From an uncultured delta proteobacterium (GTDB taxonomy: Bacteria > Desulfobacterota > Desulfobacteria > Desulfobacterales > JAHEIW01): 64,000 nt of DNA. A program made the position numbers and the translations under genes. The stretch covers positions 96,001 to 160,000 of the forward strand of contig CAVPNL010000001.1 of assembly GCA_963706575.1 (NCBI GenBank). Reading direction: 5' to 3'. Below the pieces are notes generated by a model, which saw only the letters and a program-made list of their open reading frames with translations, did no database searches and was not told the DNA's origin. Each line of letters starts with the position of its first letter. Position 1 is the first letter of the stretch. This document shows, in pieces, positions 20,300 to 30,078 of this stretch.

Positions 20300-22621
20300 A
20301 TGAAAACACATCGCATCATTGGGAAACGGCTTCCCCGGATCGATTCAAAGGATAAAGTTACCGGGAAAGCGCTTTACACGGATGATATGTCCTTGCCGGG
20401 CATGCTATGCGGTTTGATCTTACGCAGCCCTTTGCCGCATGCCAAAATCATTCGTATCGATACATCGAAAGCCTTAAAAGTATCCGGGGTCAAGGCGATT
20501 GTAACCGCTGAGGACACGCCCAAAATTAAATTCGGCATTATTTCCAGATCGCCCAAATATATGGATGAGTACCCATTAGCTGTGGATAAGGTTCGCTTTA
20601 TCGGAGAGGAAGTGGCTGCTGTGGCAGCGGTCGATGCCGACGCTGCAATGGAAGCGTTGGACTTGATTCAAGTTCAATATGAAGAACTGCCGGCAGTATA
20701 CGACCCGGAGGAAGCCCGGAATCCGGCAGCCCCTCAAATTCACGAGCATGCCCCGCTGAACATTAGCCGTGAGTATCACATCAAAAGAGGCGACCCTGCC
20801 GCCGCTTTTAGCAAATGCGCACTGGTACGCGAAGACATATTTACAACCCAATCGGCCATTCATGCTTATATGGAGCCCCGGGTTGCCCTGGCTTACTGGG
20901 ACCAAGGCAGAGCGTTGACGGTTTATACATCAACCCAGACACCGTACTACGTTCAACAGCACCTGGGGCGGACCTTAGATATCAATCCGGATAACATCCG
21001 GGTGATAAAGCCCCATGTGGGCGGCGGTTTTGGCGGTAAATCAGATGGGTTGTCCGCGGTAGAATTTTGTGCAGCATTGCTGGCCAAACATACAGATCGG
21101 CCGGTGAAAATCGTCTGTTCGCGGGATGAAGAATTTACAGCTGCCAGAAGAAAACACCCGGTAAAGATCACCATGAAAACCGGTGTTAGCAAAACCGGAA
21201 TGATTTTGGCGCGACAGTGTAAAGCGGTGTTGGACGGTGGCGCATACTGCAGCCTGGGTCCGCTAACAACGATTTTAATGGGAACCTTTCAAACGCTGCC
21301 TTTCGGTTTTGAGCATTATCAATACGATGGTTACCGAATTTATACCAACAAGCCGCCCTGTGGGGCTATGCGGGGCCACGGTGGCCCCCAGATTCATTTT
21401 GCTCAGGATATTCAGTTAGATATGATCGCCGAAGCGTTGGGTTTGGATCCGGTGGAGATGGCGATGAAAAACGGTCTGCAAAAGGGAGATGAATCAGCGG
21501 CAGGCTTTAAAATCGTTAGCTCCGGGTTTCGAGAATGCCTGCAAAAGGTTTCGGCCGAGGCCGGGTGGAAGCAGAATAGAAAATCAAAAAATAAGGGGAG
21601 CAGCCCCAAAGCATATGGCATCGGCCTGGGGTGCGGCGGGTTTCCGTCCGGTGCGGGGTTTTACTTCAACAAAACGACTTCTGCCCATTCGTCCGTAATT
21701 ATAAAGGCCGGTGAAGGCGGCGGGTTAAATGTGCTTACCGGAGCCTCCGATATCGGCCAGGGATCTGACAGTGTGATCTGCCAGATCATTGCCGAGGTTT
21801 TGGGGCTGTCTTTGGAAGACATCCATCTGACAAGTGCAGATACCCACCTGACACCGCCGGATATGGGGACCTATTCGAGCCGGGTGACGGTCGCAGCCGG
21901 CAATGCAGCCTTAAATGCAGCCAAAGCCGCCAGGGATGAGATTTTTCGCATTGCGGCGGACCATCTGGAAGCAAATCCAGATGATCTAGTCGCCAATGAC
22001 CGCAGGATTTATGTCGATGGAAGCCCGGATCGATTCATATCCTTTGCCGATGCAGTCAATCAATATCAGAGAAAAAACGAGGGATCACCTTTGCTGGTCA
22101 AAGGTTCTTACAATTCTCCGGATCCATTGTCTCCCACCTACAGTTTTGGGGCGTATATATGCGAAGTTGAGGTCGATCTGAGAACGGGTGAGTTTAAAAT
22201 ACTCAGGTTTTCGGTGGCCCATGATTGTGGGCAACCGCTTAACCCCATGTCAGTGGAAGGGCAAATAGAAGGCTGTATCGGAATGGGCATGGGATATGCC
22301 ATCCAGGAACAACTGGATTTCGAAGATGGCCAGACCTTAAACCCGTCCTTTATGGGATATTCATTACCCACAGCCAACCAGATGCCAGAAATTAACATTG
22401 CCCATATCGTTACAGAGGATCCACACGGACCTTTTGGGGCCAAGGAAACCGGGGAGGGTTCTCTGGACCCGGCTGCACCTGCAATTTGCAACGCGATATA
22501 CAATGCGACGGGTGTGCGAATTATGGATCTCCCCGTCACAGCGGAGAAAATTTTAAAAGGATTAAAAAAAAAGGAGTCGCAGGATGCAAAATCGACTGAT
22601 CGAATTGACAGTAAACGGTGA
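20300..22621 (+). CDS. hcrA: Xanthine-dehydrogenase-family Mo subunit, 4-hydroxybenzoyl-CoA reductase alpha-like
   Basis: GGGFGGK, PPCGAMRGHG, G(T/S)YSSRVT and GPFGAKE motifs as in HcrA; partner subunits adjacent. Confidence 0.75.
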   Translation: MKTHRIIGKRLPRIDSKDKVTGKALYTDDMSLPGMLCGLILRSPLPHAKIIRIDTSKALKVSGVKAIVTAEDTPKIKFGIISRSPKYMDEYPLAVDKVRFIGEEVAAVAAVDADAAMEALDLIQVQYEELPAVYDPEEARNPAAPQIHEHAPLNISREYHIKRGDPAAAFSKCALVREDIFTTQSAIHAYMEPRVALAYWDQGRALTVYTSTQTPYYVQQHLGRTLDINPDNIRVIKPHVGGGFGGKSDGLSAVEFCAALLAKHTDRPVKIVCSRDEEFTAARRKHPVKITMKTGVSKTGMILARQCKAVLDGGAYCSLGPLTTILMGTFQTLPFGFEHYQYDGYRIYTNKPPCGAMRGHGGPQIHFAQDIQLDMIAEALGLDPVEMAMKNGLQKGDESAAGFKIVSSGFRECLQKVSAEAGWKQNRKSKNKGSSPKAYGIGLGCGGFPSGAGFYFNKTTSAHSSVIIKAGEGGGLNVLTGASDIGQGSDSVICQIIAEVLGLSLEDIHLTSADTHLTPPDMGTYSSRVTVAAGNAALNAAKAARDEIFRIAADHLEANPDDLVANDRRIYVDGSPDRFISFADAVNQYQRKNEGSPLLVKGSYNSPDPLSPTYSFGAYICEVEVDLRTGEFKILRFSVAHDCGQPLNPMSVEGQIEGCIGMGMGYAIQEQLDFEDGQTLNPSFMGYSLPTANQMPEINIAHIVTEDPHGPFGAKETGEGSLDPAAPAICNAIYNATGVRIMDLPVTAEKILKGLKKKESQDAKSTDRIDSKR

Positions 22622-23060
22622 GATTCGTGAGGTGGCGGTTAAAGCCAATGATACGCTTCTGGAGGTGCTGAGAGAAAAACTGAGTCTGATCGGTACCAAA
22701 GAAGCCTGCGGCATGGGTGAATGCGGCGCTTGTACTGTTTTAATCGATCGCAAGCCGGTGCTGTCCTGTCTTACCTTAGCCGTTGACGCAAACGGCAAAG
22801 AAATCATTACCATAGAAGGCGTATCCTCCCCAAAGGGTCTGGATGCGGTTCAGGAATCATTCATTAACCAGGGTGCGGTTCAATGCGGGTACTGTACGCC
22901 CGGGATGGTACTTACGGCCAAAGACCTTTTATCCCGCAACCCAAGCCCCAGCGAAGAACAAATCCGTGCAGCGATCTCAGGAAATTTATGCCGCTGTACA
23001 GGTTACACGAAGATTGTAGAAGCCATTCAGGCTGCGGCCGAGGGAGGTGTCAGCAAATGA
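22584..23060 (+). CDS. hcrC: 2x[2Fe-2S] subunit
   Basis: CGMGECGAC and QCGYC...CRC motifs. Confidence 0.8.
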   Translation: MQNRLIELTVNGEIREVAVKANDTLLEVLREKLSLIGTKEACGMGECGACTVLIDRKPVLSCLTLAVDANGKEIITIEGVSSPKGLDAVQESFINQGAVQCGYCTPGMVLTAKDLLSRNPSPSEEQIRAAISGNLCRCTGYTKIVEAIQAAAEGGVSK

Positions 23061-24055
23061 ACAGTAACCGGCTACCAAAGTTGACCTGCTTTGAACCCAA
23101 AACGATCGATGAGGCGGTCGAGATTAAAAAAGAGTTCGGAAAAGATGCCGTCATTTTGGCCGGCGGAACCGATGTCCTCCCGCTTCTCAAGCGCCGCAAC
23201 ATCGGCGCCCGAACGCTGCTCAATCTCAAAACCATTCCGGAATTAGGTCAGATTGAATCGAATGCTAACGGAAAAATCAAAATCGGGGCAACCACGACGC
23301 TACGGGATATCATCGATTCTGATTTGATCGTCGACGCATTTCCTCTTTTGGTTGAAGCGGCTGCTTCGGTTGCCTACAATCAAATCAGAAATATGGCGAC
23401 CCTGATCGGCAATCTCTGCCTAGACAATAAGTGCACTTACTACAATCAATCCAAATTTTGGTGGCAAACCCGGGCGGATTGCATCAAGCGTGGTGGAATT
23501 CAGTGTTATGCGGTCAAAGGCGGTGAACAATGTTTTGCTTTAGCTGTTGGTGACACCGTCCCCGCATTGATTGCCCTGGATGCAGAATTAAGCATCATTG
23601 GGCCCAATAGTGTACGCCGAATACCCGTGACGAAATTTTATACCGGAAACGGCCGCAAGCCCTATCAGCTAAATGATGATGAACTTGTTTGCGCTATTGA
23701 GCTGAGCGCTTCTTCTGATGGTTGGCGTAACGGATTTCTAAAAAAAAGTGTGCGCGGCGCTGTCGATTTTGCCCTCGCAGCCATGGCGATGCGCTTAAGG
23801 CCAAAGGGCCGCAAAATTGAAGACATTCGGATTGTTTTAAACGGGATTTCGGTAAAACCGATAGAGGCGAAAATGGCCCAGAGATACCTTATTGGGAAAG
23901 ACATCAACAAAGACACAATCGATGCGGCTGTTAAATTGATATTGAAGGAATCCGTTCCGCTATCTTCGATTGGGACTACAGTTGCGGTCCGCAGAAAAAT
24001 GATCGCGGCTATGTTCGAAGATCTTTTATATCGTTTAAATCCAAACCACTTCTAG
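23057..24055 (+). CDS. hcrB: FAD subunit with 4Fe-4S insertion
   Basis: AGGTD and QIRNMAT..GNLC motifs, plus the HcrB-type insert CTYYNQSKFW....C.K.GG..C........C. Confidence 0.8.
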   Translation: MNSNRLPKLTCFEPKTIDEAVEIKKEFGKDAVILAGGTDVLPLLKRRNIGARTLLNLKTIPELGQIESNANGKIKIGATTTLRDIIDSDLIVDAFPLLVEAAASVAYNQIRNMATLIGNLCLDNKCTYYNQSKFWWQTRADCIKRGGIQCYAVKGGEQCFALAVGDTVPALIALDAELSIIGPNSVRRIPVTKFYTGNGRKPYQLNDDELVCAIELSASSDGWRNGFLKKSVRGAVDFALAAMAMRLRPKGRKIEDIRIVLNGISVKPIEAKMAQRYLIGKDINKDTIDAAVKLILKESVPLSSIGTTVAVRRKMIAAMFEDLLYRLNPNHF

Positions 24056-24474
24056 AGAAATGGTATGGGCTTACCGGTTCGGTAAGCCAGGGCTGAACAC
24101 GTGGCAATCAGGGCACCCGTTTCATCGGTGACCTTGATATCAAAGTTTGCGGTTTTTTTGGTTTGACTGATTCGACGCGCAACCGCGCGCAACCGCGCGC
24201 CGGCTGTTGGACTGGCCACATAGGTCACGTTCATATTCAAGGCCACAACGATGGTCCCCTCGGTTTGACAGGCAGTCTCAAATGCTTCGTCAATAAGCCC
24301 AAATAGGGCACCCCCGTGAGCATGTTGATAGATATTGTCCATGCGATCCGGATCATATTTCATTTCAACCACCGAATAACCCAGATCTAATTCTTCCAGT
24401 GTTATATTCAAGGCCTGCGCAAATGGTTCTTTTCTCACCGCTTTAAATAACGCCTCCTTTAACTTTGCGTCCAT
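24052..24474 (-). CDS. PaaI-family hotdog thioesterase
   Basis: N....HGGALFGLIDEA motif. Confidence 0.88.
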   Translation of the reverse strand: MDAKLKEALFKAVRKEPFAQALNITLEELDLGYSVVEMKYDPDRMDNIYQHAHGGALFGLIDEAFETACQTEGTIVVALNMNVTYVASPTAGARLRAVARRISQTKKTANFDIKVTDETGALIATCSALAYRTGKPIPFL

Positions 24475-24630
24475 CTCCGTTCTCCTATCTTTGCATAATG
24501 GCACTGTTTTTTAAGATCGATTCATACTTATTAGCGGGATCATCGTTTGCATGCAAGTTCTTTTAAACCTGGCATTATCAAACACCCTTTTTTCTTGAAT
24601 AACCGCAAGAGTCATCTTAAGTTTAAACCT

Positions 24631-25431
24631 ATGGACGACGATCAATTTCGGCAACTACTGGATCGGTTTGATTTTTCCTGGTCCGGATATCGCAAGGTCA
24701 GAAAAGGCGTTAAAAAGCGCATATCGCGGCATATGCAGGAATTTAAATGCCCAAATATCAATGCCTACCTGGATCTGCTGAATAAAAGTGAAGAACTGCG
24801 GCAAGAATTTGAAAAACGGATGGCCGTTTCTATCAGCCGGTTTTTCCGGGACCGACAGCTCTGGGTTGACCTGGAAGACGATGTTTTGCCCCGCCTGATT
24901 GGAACAGATTCGAAAAGGCTTTTCGTATGGTCGGCCGGTTGTGCACGTGGTGAAGAGGTGTATAGTTTCAAAATCGTCTGGGACCGCCTGAATAAAAAAT
25001 ACGAGCAATTACCTGAAGTTGAGATTATGGCGACGGATATACATTCGGATTATATCGACAAGGGCAGGGCAGGGGTATATGCCAAAAGCAGTATGAAGGA
25101 GGTTCCCCCGGAAATTCGGGAGCACTATTTTGATATTAGAAAAAGCGGCAGTCGTTTTGATATAAAAGCCGCTTTTAAAAGAGACATTCAATGGAAGGTT
25201 CAGGATATTTTCAGCGATCCTCCCGGATCCGCATTTGATATTATCTTTATAAGAAACAATCTGTTAACGTACTACAAGGCCCATTTAAAAATAGAGGGTC
25301 TGAAAAGAATTATCAAGGCCCTTGCGCCTGGTGGATGGCTGATTGTGGGTTCCCACGAAAAATTGCCGTCAGCGGTTTCAAATATGCAACGCCACGATTC
25401 CATTCCGTGGGCTTACCGGCAATATCTTTAA
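24631..25431 (+). CDS. CheR-type SAM-dependent methyltransferase (orphan)
   Basis: SRFFRD, WSAGCARGEEVYS and FDIIFIRN motifs. Confidence 0.88.
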   Translation: MDDDQFRQLLDRFDFSWSGYRKVRKGVKKRISRHMQEFKCPNINAYLDLLNKSEELRQEFEKRMAVSISRFFRDRQLWVDLEDDVLPRLIGTDSKRLFVWSAGCARGEEVYSFKIVWDRLNKKYEQLPEVEIMATDIHSDYIDKGRAGVYAKSSMKEVPPEIREHYFDIRKSGSRFDIKAAFKRDIQWKVQDIFSDPPGSAFDIIFIRNNLLTYYKAHLKIEGLKRIIKALAPGGWLIVGSHEKLPSAVSNMQRHDSIPWAYRQYL

Positions 25432-25440
25432 AGTTTGTTT

Positions 25441-25645
25441 TAGAAGTGGTTTCAAAACCCCATCTAAGGCCCAATGGCTGCGTTGCCCCGCTTGCGGGAT
25501 TCGCATCTGATTTTTATAGCATTAGGGTGCAGCACAGGCCTCCGATAAATGCTCACATACCCATATGTATGCTGAGAACAACGACTTTCTCGATCGGCCT
25601 GCGCCTTGCCCTTGAACCTGATCTGAGACTTTGAAACCACTTCTA
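25441..25645. mobile_element. MITE-like element related to family C
   Basis: Perfect 16-bp TIRs TAGAAGTGGTTTCAAA / TTTGAAACCACTTCTA; shares GGCCCAAT, CATAC..GTATGC and CTTGAACC with copy 1. Confidence 0.75.
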
Positions 25646-25652
25646 TCTTAAG

Positions 25653-25757
25653 CTATTTTTTTTGTTCGCTTTTTGTCTTTTTCTTGCGCGGTCTTTTGAC
25701 TCCATAGGACTTGCGAAATAACTTTCCCTTTTTTGTGCGTCTATCGCCTTTACCCAT
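25653..25757 (-). CDS. thx: 30S ribosomal protein THX (bTHX/PSRP4 family), 34 aa, not in ORF track
   Basis: [34 protein letters not shown] matches Thermus Thx ([27 protein letters not shown], from memory); GGGAGG RBS. Confidence 0.9.
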   Translation of the reverse strand: [34 protein letters not shown]

Positions 25758-25908
25758 CTAACTGTTTCCCTCCCTTAAGATAGTATTTCAGACACGTTTC
25801 TTATGAGGCCTTATTATCTATGCCTTTCATAACCCATTATCCCTGCTTTTTCAAGCAACAGAATTTGTTCTCAACTTGCAGCAATCCAAATTTATTTAAA
25901 GGCCCCAG

Positions 25909-26700
25909 TTAAAGTTTTGCGACCGGGTTCAAAAAACTGCATGGCATCAATGCGGCGCATTTGCCGCAGACATCGGTGGTCTCGGGCAGGTCCGAGAAAT
26001 AATCCAAGATGTCCCGATTTTCGTTCAGCCGAGCCCAGCACGTCTGCCGATCAAACCCATTCTCACCCAATGCGTCCACCGGACAGGCTTCAATGCATTT
26101 TCCGCACTTCTTCCCGGCTTTTAACAGACAGACCACATCCGTATCAATCACCGGATATTCGCCCAAATCGGCCTCTGTCACCAAACTTCCCAGACGACCG
26201 GCACAGCCCACCGGTGTAATAAGCAGGCAATGGGTGCCGAAGCGCCCCAGGTTTGCCAGATGGGCCAAATGCTTGTGTGACCAGCGGGCCATTAATATGT
26301 CTTCATCGAAATTGTGAGTGGCCGGTGTTAACCCGGATTTAATGCCCTCACCAGCAAGTAATTTTTCCATCCCCTGGCTTAAACGGTCGATTAAATCGTT
26401 GGTTTGAACATAGGCCAGGCCCCAGTTGCGACAGGGCCGGTCGCCTTTTTGATTTTCTTTTACCAGCTCGCGTTTAAACGGAACAAAGAAGACAATCAAT
26501 GATTTGGCGGACGGCAACAAATCATGGGGATGCAAGTGCTCATTAAATGCCACCTGTGGCAAAATATCGAAGCGCTCATCTATGGGGGCGCTGACCAACA
26601 ACGGTTTCTGCCAGAAGCCTTCAGTGCCGATACGATCCGGTTCTGCAGCCACGTAGTCCTCTGCAAAGGACCGTAATTTTTCTATGGGGATATCACGCAT
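25909..26700 (-). CDS. QueG/epoxyqueuosine-reductase-like Fe-S protein
   Basis: WSHKH.A.LA.LG.FG, RLGSLVT, C......CGKCIEACP and CGKC.....PC motifs. Confidence 0.75.
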   Translation of the reverse strand: MRDIPIEKLRSFAEDYVAAEPDRIGTEGFWQKPLLVSAPIDERFDILPQVAFNEHLHPHDLLPSAKSLIVFFVPFKRELVKENQKGDRPCRNWGLAYVQTNDLIDRLSQGMEKLLAGEGIKSGLTPATHNFDEDILMARWSHKHLAHLANLGRFGTHCLLITPVGCAGRLGSLVTEADLGEYPVIDTDVVCLLKAGKKCGKCIEACPVDALGENGFDRQTCWARLNENRDILDYFSDLPETTDVCGKCAALMPCSFLNPVAKL

Positions 26701-26740
26701 ACATTTCACCCGCCTCTCTAAATTGCGCCTGTACCCTTAT

Positions 26741-26783
26741 AGTGCCTAAAGTGAACTAAAGTTCGAAGTGACTAAAGTTAAGG
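26741..26783. repeat. Repeat family A, single arm
   Basis: AGTGCCT-AAAGTGAACT-AAAGTTCG-AAGTGACT-AAAGTT. Confidence 0.75.
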
Positions 26784-26797
26784 TATTGAAACCCGTT

Positions 26798-27556
26798 TTA
26801 GAACCGAATGGACAGACACGTCAAGCCCCCATCCATCTTTTGCATTTCACTTACATCCAGTTCGATAATCGGCAGCCCCAGGCGCTTAAGTTTTGTTTTT
26901 GTACCCGGGAACCCCTTGGGCATTAAGAGGTGATCGTTTATCCAGAGGGTGTTGGCAGAATATTCCTCCTCTTTGTTCACAATGATTTTGTCGTATCCGT
27001 TAAGTGCCTCGTGGCTTGTAAAATCTTGCGCAACGAGCATGCTGTTTTTACCAACATAATTCACGCTGGATTTGAAGTGTAATCCGGCGCCGACCTGAAT
27101 AGTTGTAAAGGTCTTTTGATGTTTTTGCAGTATTCCGCCCAATTGTTTGGCGCCTTCCAGGTTGGTGCGCTCTGAGATCCCGATAAAAAAGTGATTGCCG
27201 ATCATCAGAACATCTCCACCATCCAGCGTGCCGGGAGTTTGAATGTGTTCAACCTCGCGATATTGCCGCAGAACTTCAGCAATCGATTCTTCTTCGCCCC
27301 GTCTTGAAGCAGCACCGGGTCGGGTAATGACAGCGACCTCCGGCATTACCACTGCGGTATCCTCCACAAAATGGGCGTCCGGATAATTCGGCTGTGGGTC
27401 GAGTTCGATCACATCGATCCCAATTGTTTTCAGGGCATCCACATAGGACGCGTACTGCTTTAAAATCAGTTCATAATTCGGCGGGCCGAGGTTGGCCGTC
27501 GTGAGCCCCTCGATAAAATTTTTACCGGGTTTTCTGGTTAAGGCATAGGTAAACAT
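26798..27556 (-). CDS. Dimethylarginine dimethylaminohydrolase (amidinotransferase family)
   Basis: PDAHFVED, LDGGDV, LHFKS and DGGLTCLS catalytic motifs. Confidence 0.9.
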   Translation of the reverse strand: MFTYALTRKPGKNFIEGLTTANLGPPNYELILKQYASYVDALKTIGIDVIELDPQPNYPDAHFVEDTAVVMPEVAVITRPGAASRRGEEESIAEVLRQYREVEHIQTPGTLDGGDVLMIGNHFFIGISERTNLEGAKQLGGILQKHQKTFTTIQVGAGLHFKSSVNYVGKNSMLVAQDFTSHEALNGYDKIIVNKEEEYSANTLWINDHLLMPKGFPGTKTKLKRLGLPIIELDVSEMQKMDGGLTCLSIRF

Positions 27557-27572
27557 CTTGCTTAATCCGATT

Positions 27573-27923
27573 TTACTTCCTTTTCTGCCAGAAACGCACC
27601 ACCTGCATGACTTCTCTGACATAGGCACATTCACATTTTGACGGACAGGGATCGAGTTGATCTTCATGCAGGCAATATTCCTGGCATTCTTTTGTGCCCG
27701 TAAGTCGGTCCGCAAAAACCGGTCCATTGTAAAGGTCTTTGAAATTTCCGGCTGGAATGCCGAGCGTTGTGCCACATTCTAAATGATTGAATAAAAAGAA
27801 CCCCAGATCCAGCTGCTCGAAATTGACCTGGTAACCAATCATGTCGGTAGTGGGATCCTCCAGAAAATCTTTACGCGATTGCCATCGGTGGCCGCACATT
27901 GTGCATATTTTAAATTCATTCAT
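27573..27923 (-). CDS. Cys-rich hypothetical protein (possible metal binding)
   Basis: CxxC, HxxC, CxxxC and CxxxCxC; in an operon-like run, overlapping the upstream stop. Confidence 0.7.
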   Translation of the reverse strand: MNEFKICTMCGHRWQSRKDFLEDPTTDMIGYQVNFEQLDLGFFLFNHLECGTTLGIPAGNFKDLYNGPVFADRLTGTKECQEYCLHEDQLDPCPSKCECAYVREVMQVVRFWQKRK

Positions 27924-28479
27924 TGTTTACCAGTCTTTGAAATAAATTCTTTATGACTTACCACCTTGGCATATGCGGAACCCAAAGCTGCCATGAAAGA
28001 CGCGTGGACATCCTGGGCCAATATCTTTTTCCTTCCAAAATCGAGATTTCGCGTTGCGCAGGCATCGTGTATTACCGTGCACCCGAAACCGAAATCGGCG
28101 GCTGCCCGGGTTGTTGCGTCGATGCACATATGACTCATGGCCCCACAGATCACAATGTTTTCAACCCCGGCGTTTTTAAGCGCATCCAAAAGCGGTGTTT
28201 CACGAAAACTGTTCGGATAATGTTTCTGTATCACCAACTCATTCGGGTGGGGCTCTAACCGCAGAGTGGATTTCTGACCCTTTTGTGTCCGGTAGAAAAA
28301 AAGTTGCGCCTTGATAATTTGAAATGTGTTGGATGTGAAACGTTGGCCACCGGTTTTCGCGGAAAAGAGCCAGCAATTGACCTGCCTTTTCGCCGGCTGC
28401 GTCCATTTCGATCCAATTCCATGCGGCCGCCCGCAAAATAATCATTCTGAATATCAACTAGTATTAAAGCAGTTTTCAT
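27920..28479 (-). CDS. Isochorismatase/cysteine hydrolase (two apparent +1 frameshifts, near 28413 and 28253)
   Basis: MKTALILVDIQNDYF, K.YPNSF and GAMSHMCIDAT motifs lie in three successive frames. Confidence 0.8.
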
Positions 28480-28531
28480 TTTATTCCTCTCTAAATCGTT
28501 TTTCTGTACTTTAAATTTTATCCAAGTATAC

Positions 28532-28651
28532 AAAAGTGCCTAAAATGAACTAAAATGAGCTAAAATGCCTAAAGTTATGGTGTCGCTACGCTTCATCGTT
28601 TTTAAATAAAAATGACGGAATTCCTAAACTTTAGTCGCTTTAGATCACTTT
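28532..28651. repeat. Repeat family A, copy with core
   Basis: Arms AAAGTGCCT-AAAATGAACT-AAAATGAGCT-AAAATGCCT-AAAGTT and AACTTTAGTCGCTTTAGATCACTTT; core GTGTCGCTACGCT is similar to the 43286 copy. Confidence 0.85.
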
Positions 28652-28668
28652 CTTTTGTAACCAGCTTA

Positions 28669-29334
28669 CTAACCTTTTTCCATTGAGCTTATGAATGCAT
28701 CCGCCTCTTTGATGGATGCCTCCATTTCCTTGATCAGGCGGGCGACATCGGTTTCAATGGAGGCCAGCTCGCTTTGCAATGAGGCAATGGCCTGGGCGTT
28801 TAAATTATGCTTGAGGTATAACACCTGATCCTGGAAAGCGGACAGAACCGGGTCGATTTTTCTTTCGGCGCGCTTCATGGCACCGATTAATTGGGCGTAC
28901 TTATTCTTCGTTTCTCTAAGTTTACGGGCGCTCGATTTCCTTAAGCTGCTGCTGCTGTACTGATTTAACTCCTCCTGCCATTCGGCAAAGAGGTCCTCGG
29001 CCACATCTTCAACAGCTGCAATCCGGCTGCGGACGGCATCGGCTTTGATGGCGCTTTCTTCATATTCATTTTTTAACTGGTCATATTTTTCTTCCAGGTC
29101 GCCGCCCCGGAAGCCCAGCACACTGCTGAATTTTTCAAGCGCCGATTCAAATTGCTCTTTGGCTTCTTGCTGGGCATCGCGAGCATCCTGTACGCGATCC
29201 ACCATGATATCGCGCTTGTGGTAACCCATGCTCTCCATGGTTTTGTAATAAGTGGATTCGCAACCGAACATCAGGCAGACGGCTGCAATTGCGATAACCC
29301 AATACGATCTGTTGTTAAAAATGGATCTCTTCAT
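28669..29334 (-). CDS. DUF2959 family coiled-coil lipoprotein
   Basis: Lipobox LMFGC; YY.TME.MG.HKRDI.VDRV and LYLKHNLNAQAI motifs. Confidence 0.85.
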   Translation of the reverse strand: MKRSIFNNRSYWVIAIAAVCLMFGCESTYYKTMESMGYHKRDIMVDRVQDARDAQQEAKEQFESALEKFSSVLGFRGGDLEEKYDQLKNEYEESAIKADAVRSRIAAVEDVAEDLFAEWQEELNQYSSSSLRKSSARKLRETKNKYAQLIGAMKRAERKIDPVLSAFQDQVLYLKHNLNAQAIASLQSELASIETDVARLIKEMEASIKEADAFISSMEKG

Positions 29335-29355
29335 TGTGATTCTCCATTTCATGCT

Positions 29356-30045
29356 TTAGGACAGGGCCTCTTTTAAGGCGGCGCGGGAAAGCAAACGCGT
29401 TGAGTCCAACACGGGCAGGGGGCAATCGTCCGGATCAACCAGCAATGGAATTTCCGTGCACCCCAAAACCGCCGCATCACACCCGCGGCTTTTTAATTTT
29501 TCAATAACATCATTGAAATAGCGACGTGATTTCTCGGTGAAAACCCCGTTTACAAGCTCTTTAAAGATGATTTCATCGATGCGCTCACGATCATCTTCTT
29601 CCGGTATCTGACTGTCAATGTCAAATTTTTTTAATGTAGCGGGATATACCGGGCCCGTCACGAGGTATTTCGTGCCTAAAATCGCCAGTTGTTTAAAGCC
29701 GTCTTCTATGGCTTTATTGGCGACAGCCTCTGCAATGTGGAGCCAGGGAATAGGTGACTTCTGTTTTACAAAATCAAAAGCCTCATGGATGGTATTGTCC
29801 GGGCAAATCGCAAATTCGGCTCCGATCTTGTAAACCTTTTGAGCTGACGAAAGCATGAGCGCCGCTACTTTTTCCCAATCTCCCGCACGAATGGGGACCA
29901 TGTATTCAGCTAACGGGTGCGTGTGCATGCTGACCTCCGGATGCATATGCTCACCCATTAAGGGCGGTGCTTCGCCGCATATGGTACGATAGCACAGCGC
30001 AGCTCCCTCGGCGCTGCAGCCCACAATTCCAATGTGCTTTGGCAT
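29356..30045 (-). CDS. Aspartate/glutamate racemase family protein
   Basis: CPDNT.H and LGCTEIP cofactor-independent racemase motifs. Confidence 0.88.
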   Translation of the reverse strand: MPKHIGIVGCSAEGAALCYRTICGEAPPLMGEHMHPEVSMHTHPLAEYMVPIRAGDWEKVAALMLSSAQKVYKIGAEFAICPDNTIHEAFDFVKQKSPIPWLHIAEAVANKAIEDGFKQLAILGTKYLVTGPVYPATLKKFDIDSQIPEEDDRERIDEIIFKELVNGVFTEKSRRYFNDVIEKLKSRGCDAAVLGCTEIPLLVDPDDCPLPVLDSTRLLSRAALKEALS

Positions 30046-30078
30046 GTTTGATGTCCTTTCTTTAATTTTCAACGGTAA

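Noticed and set aside
24631..25431. Chemotaxis locus
   Set aside because: Only an isolated CheR-like gene; no MCP, cheA, cheB or cheW in the window.
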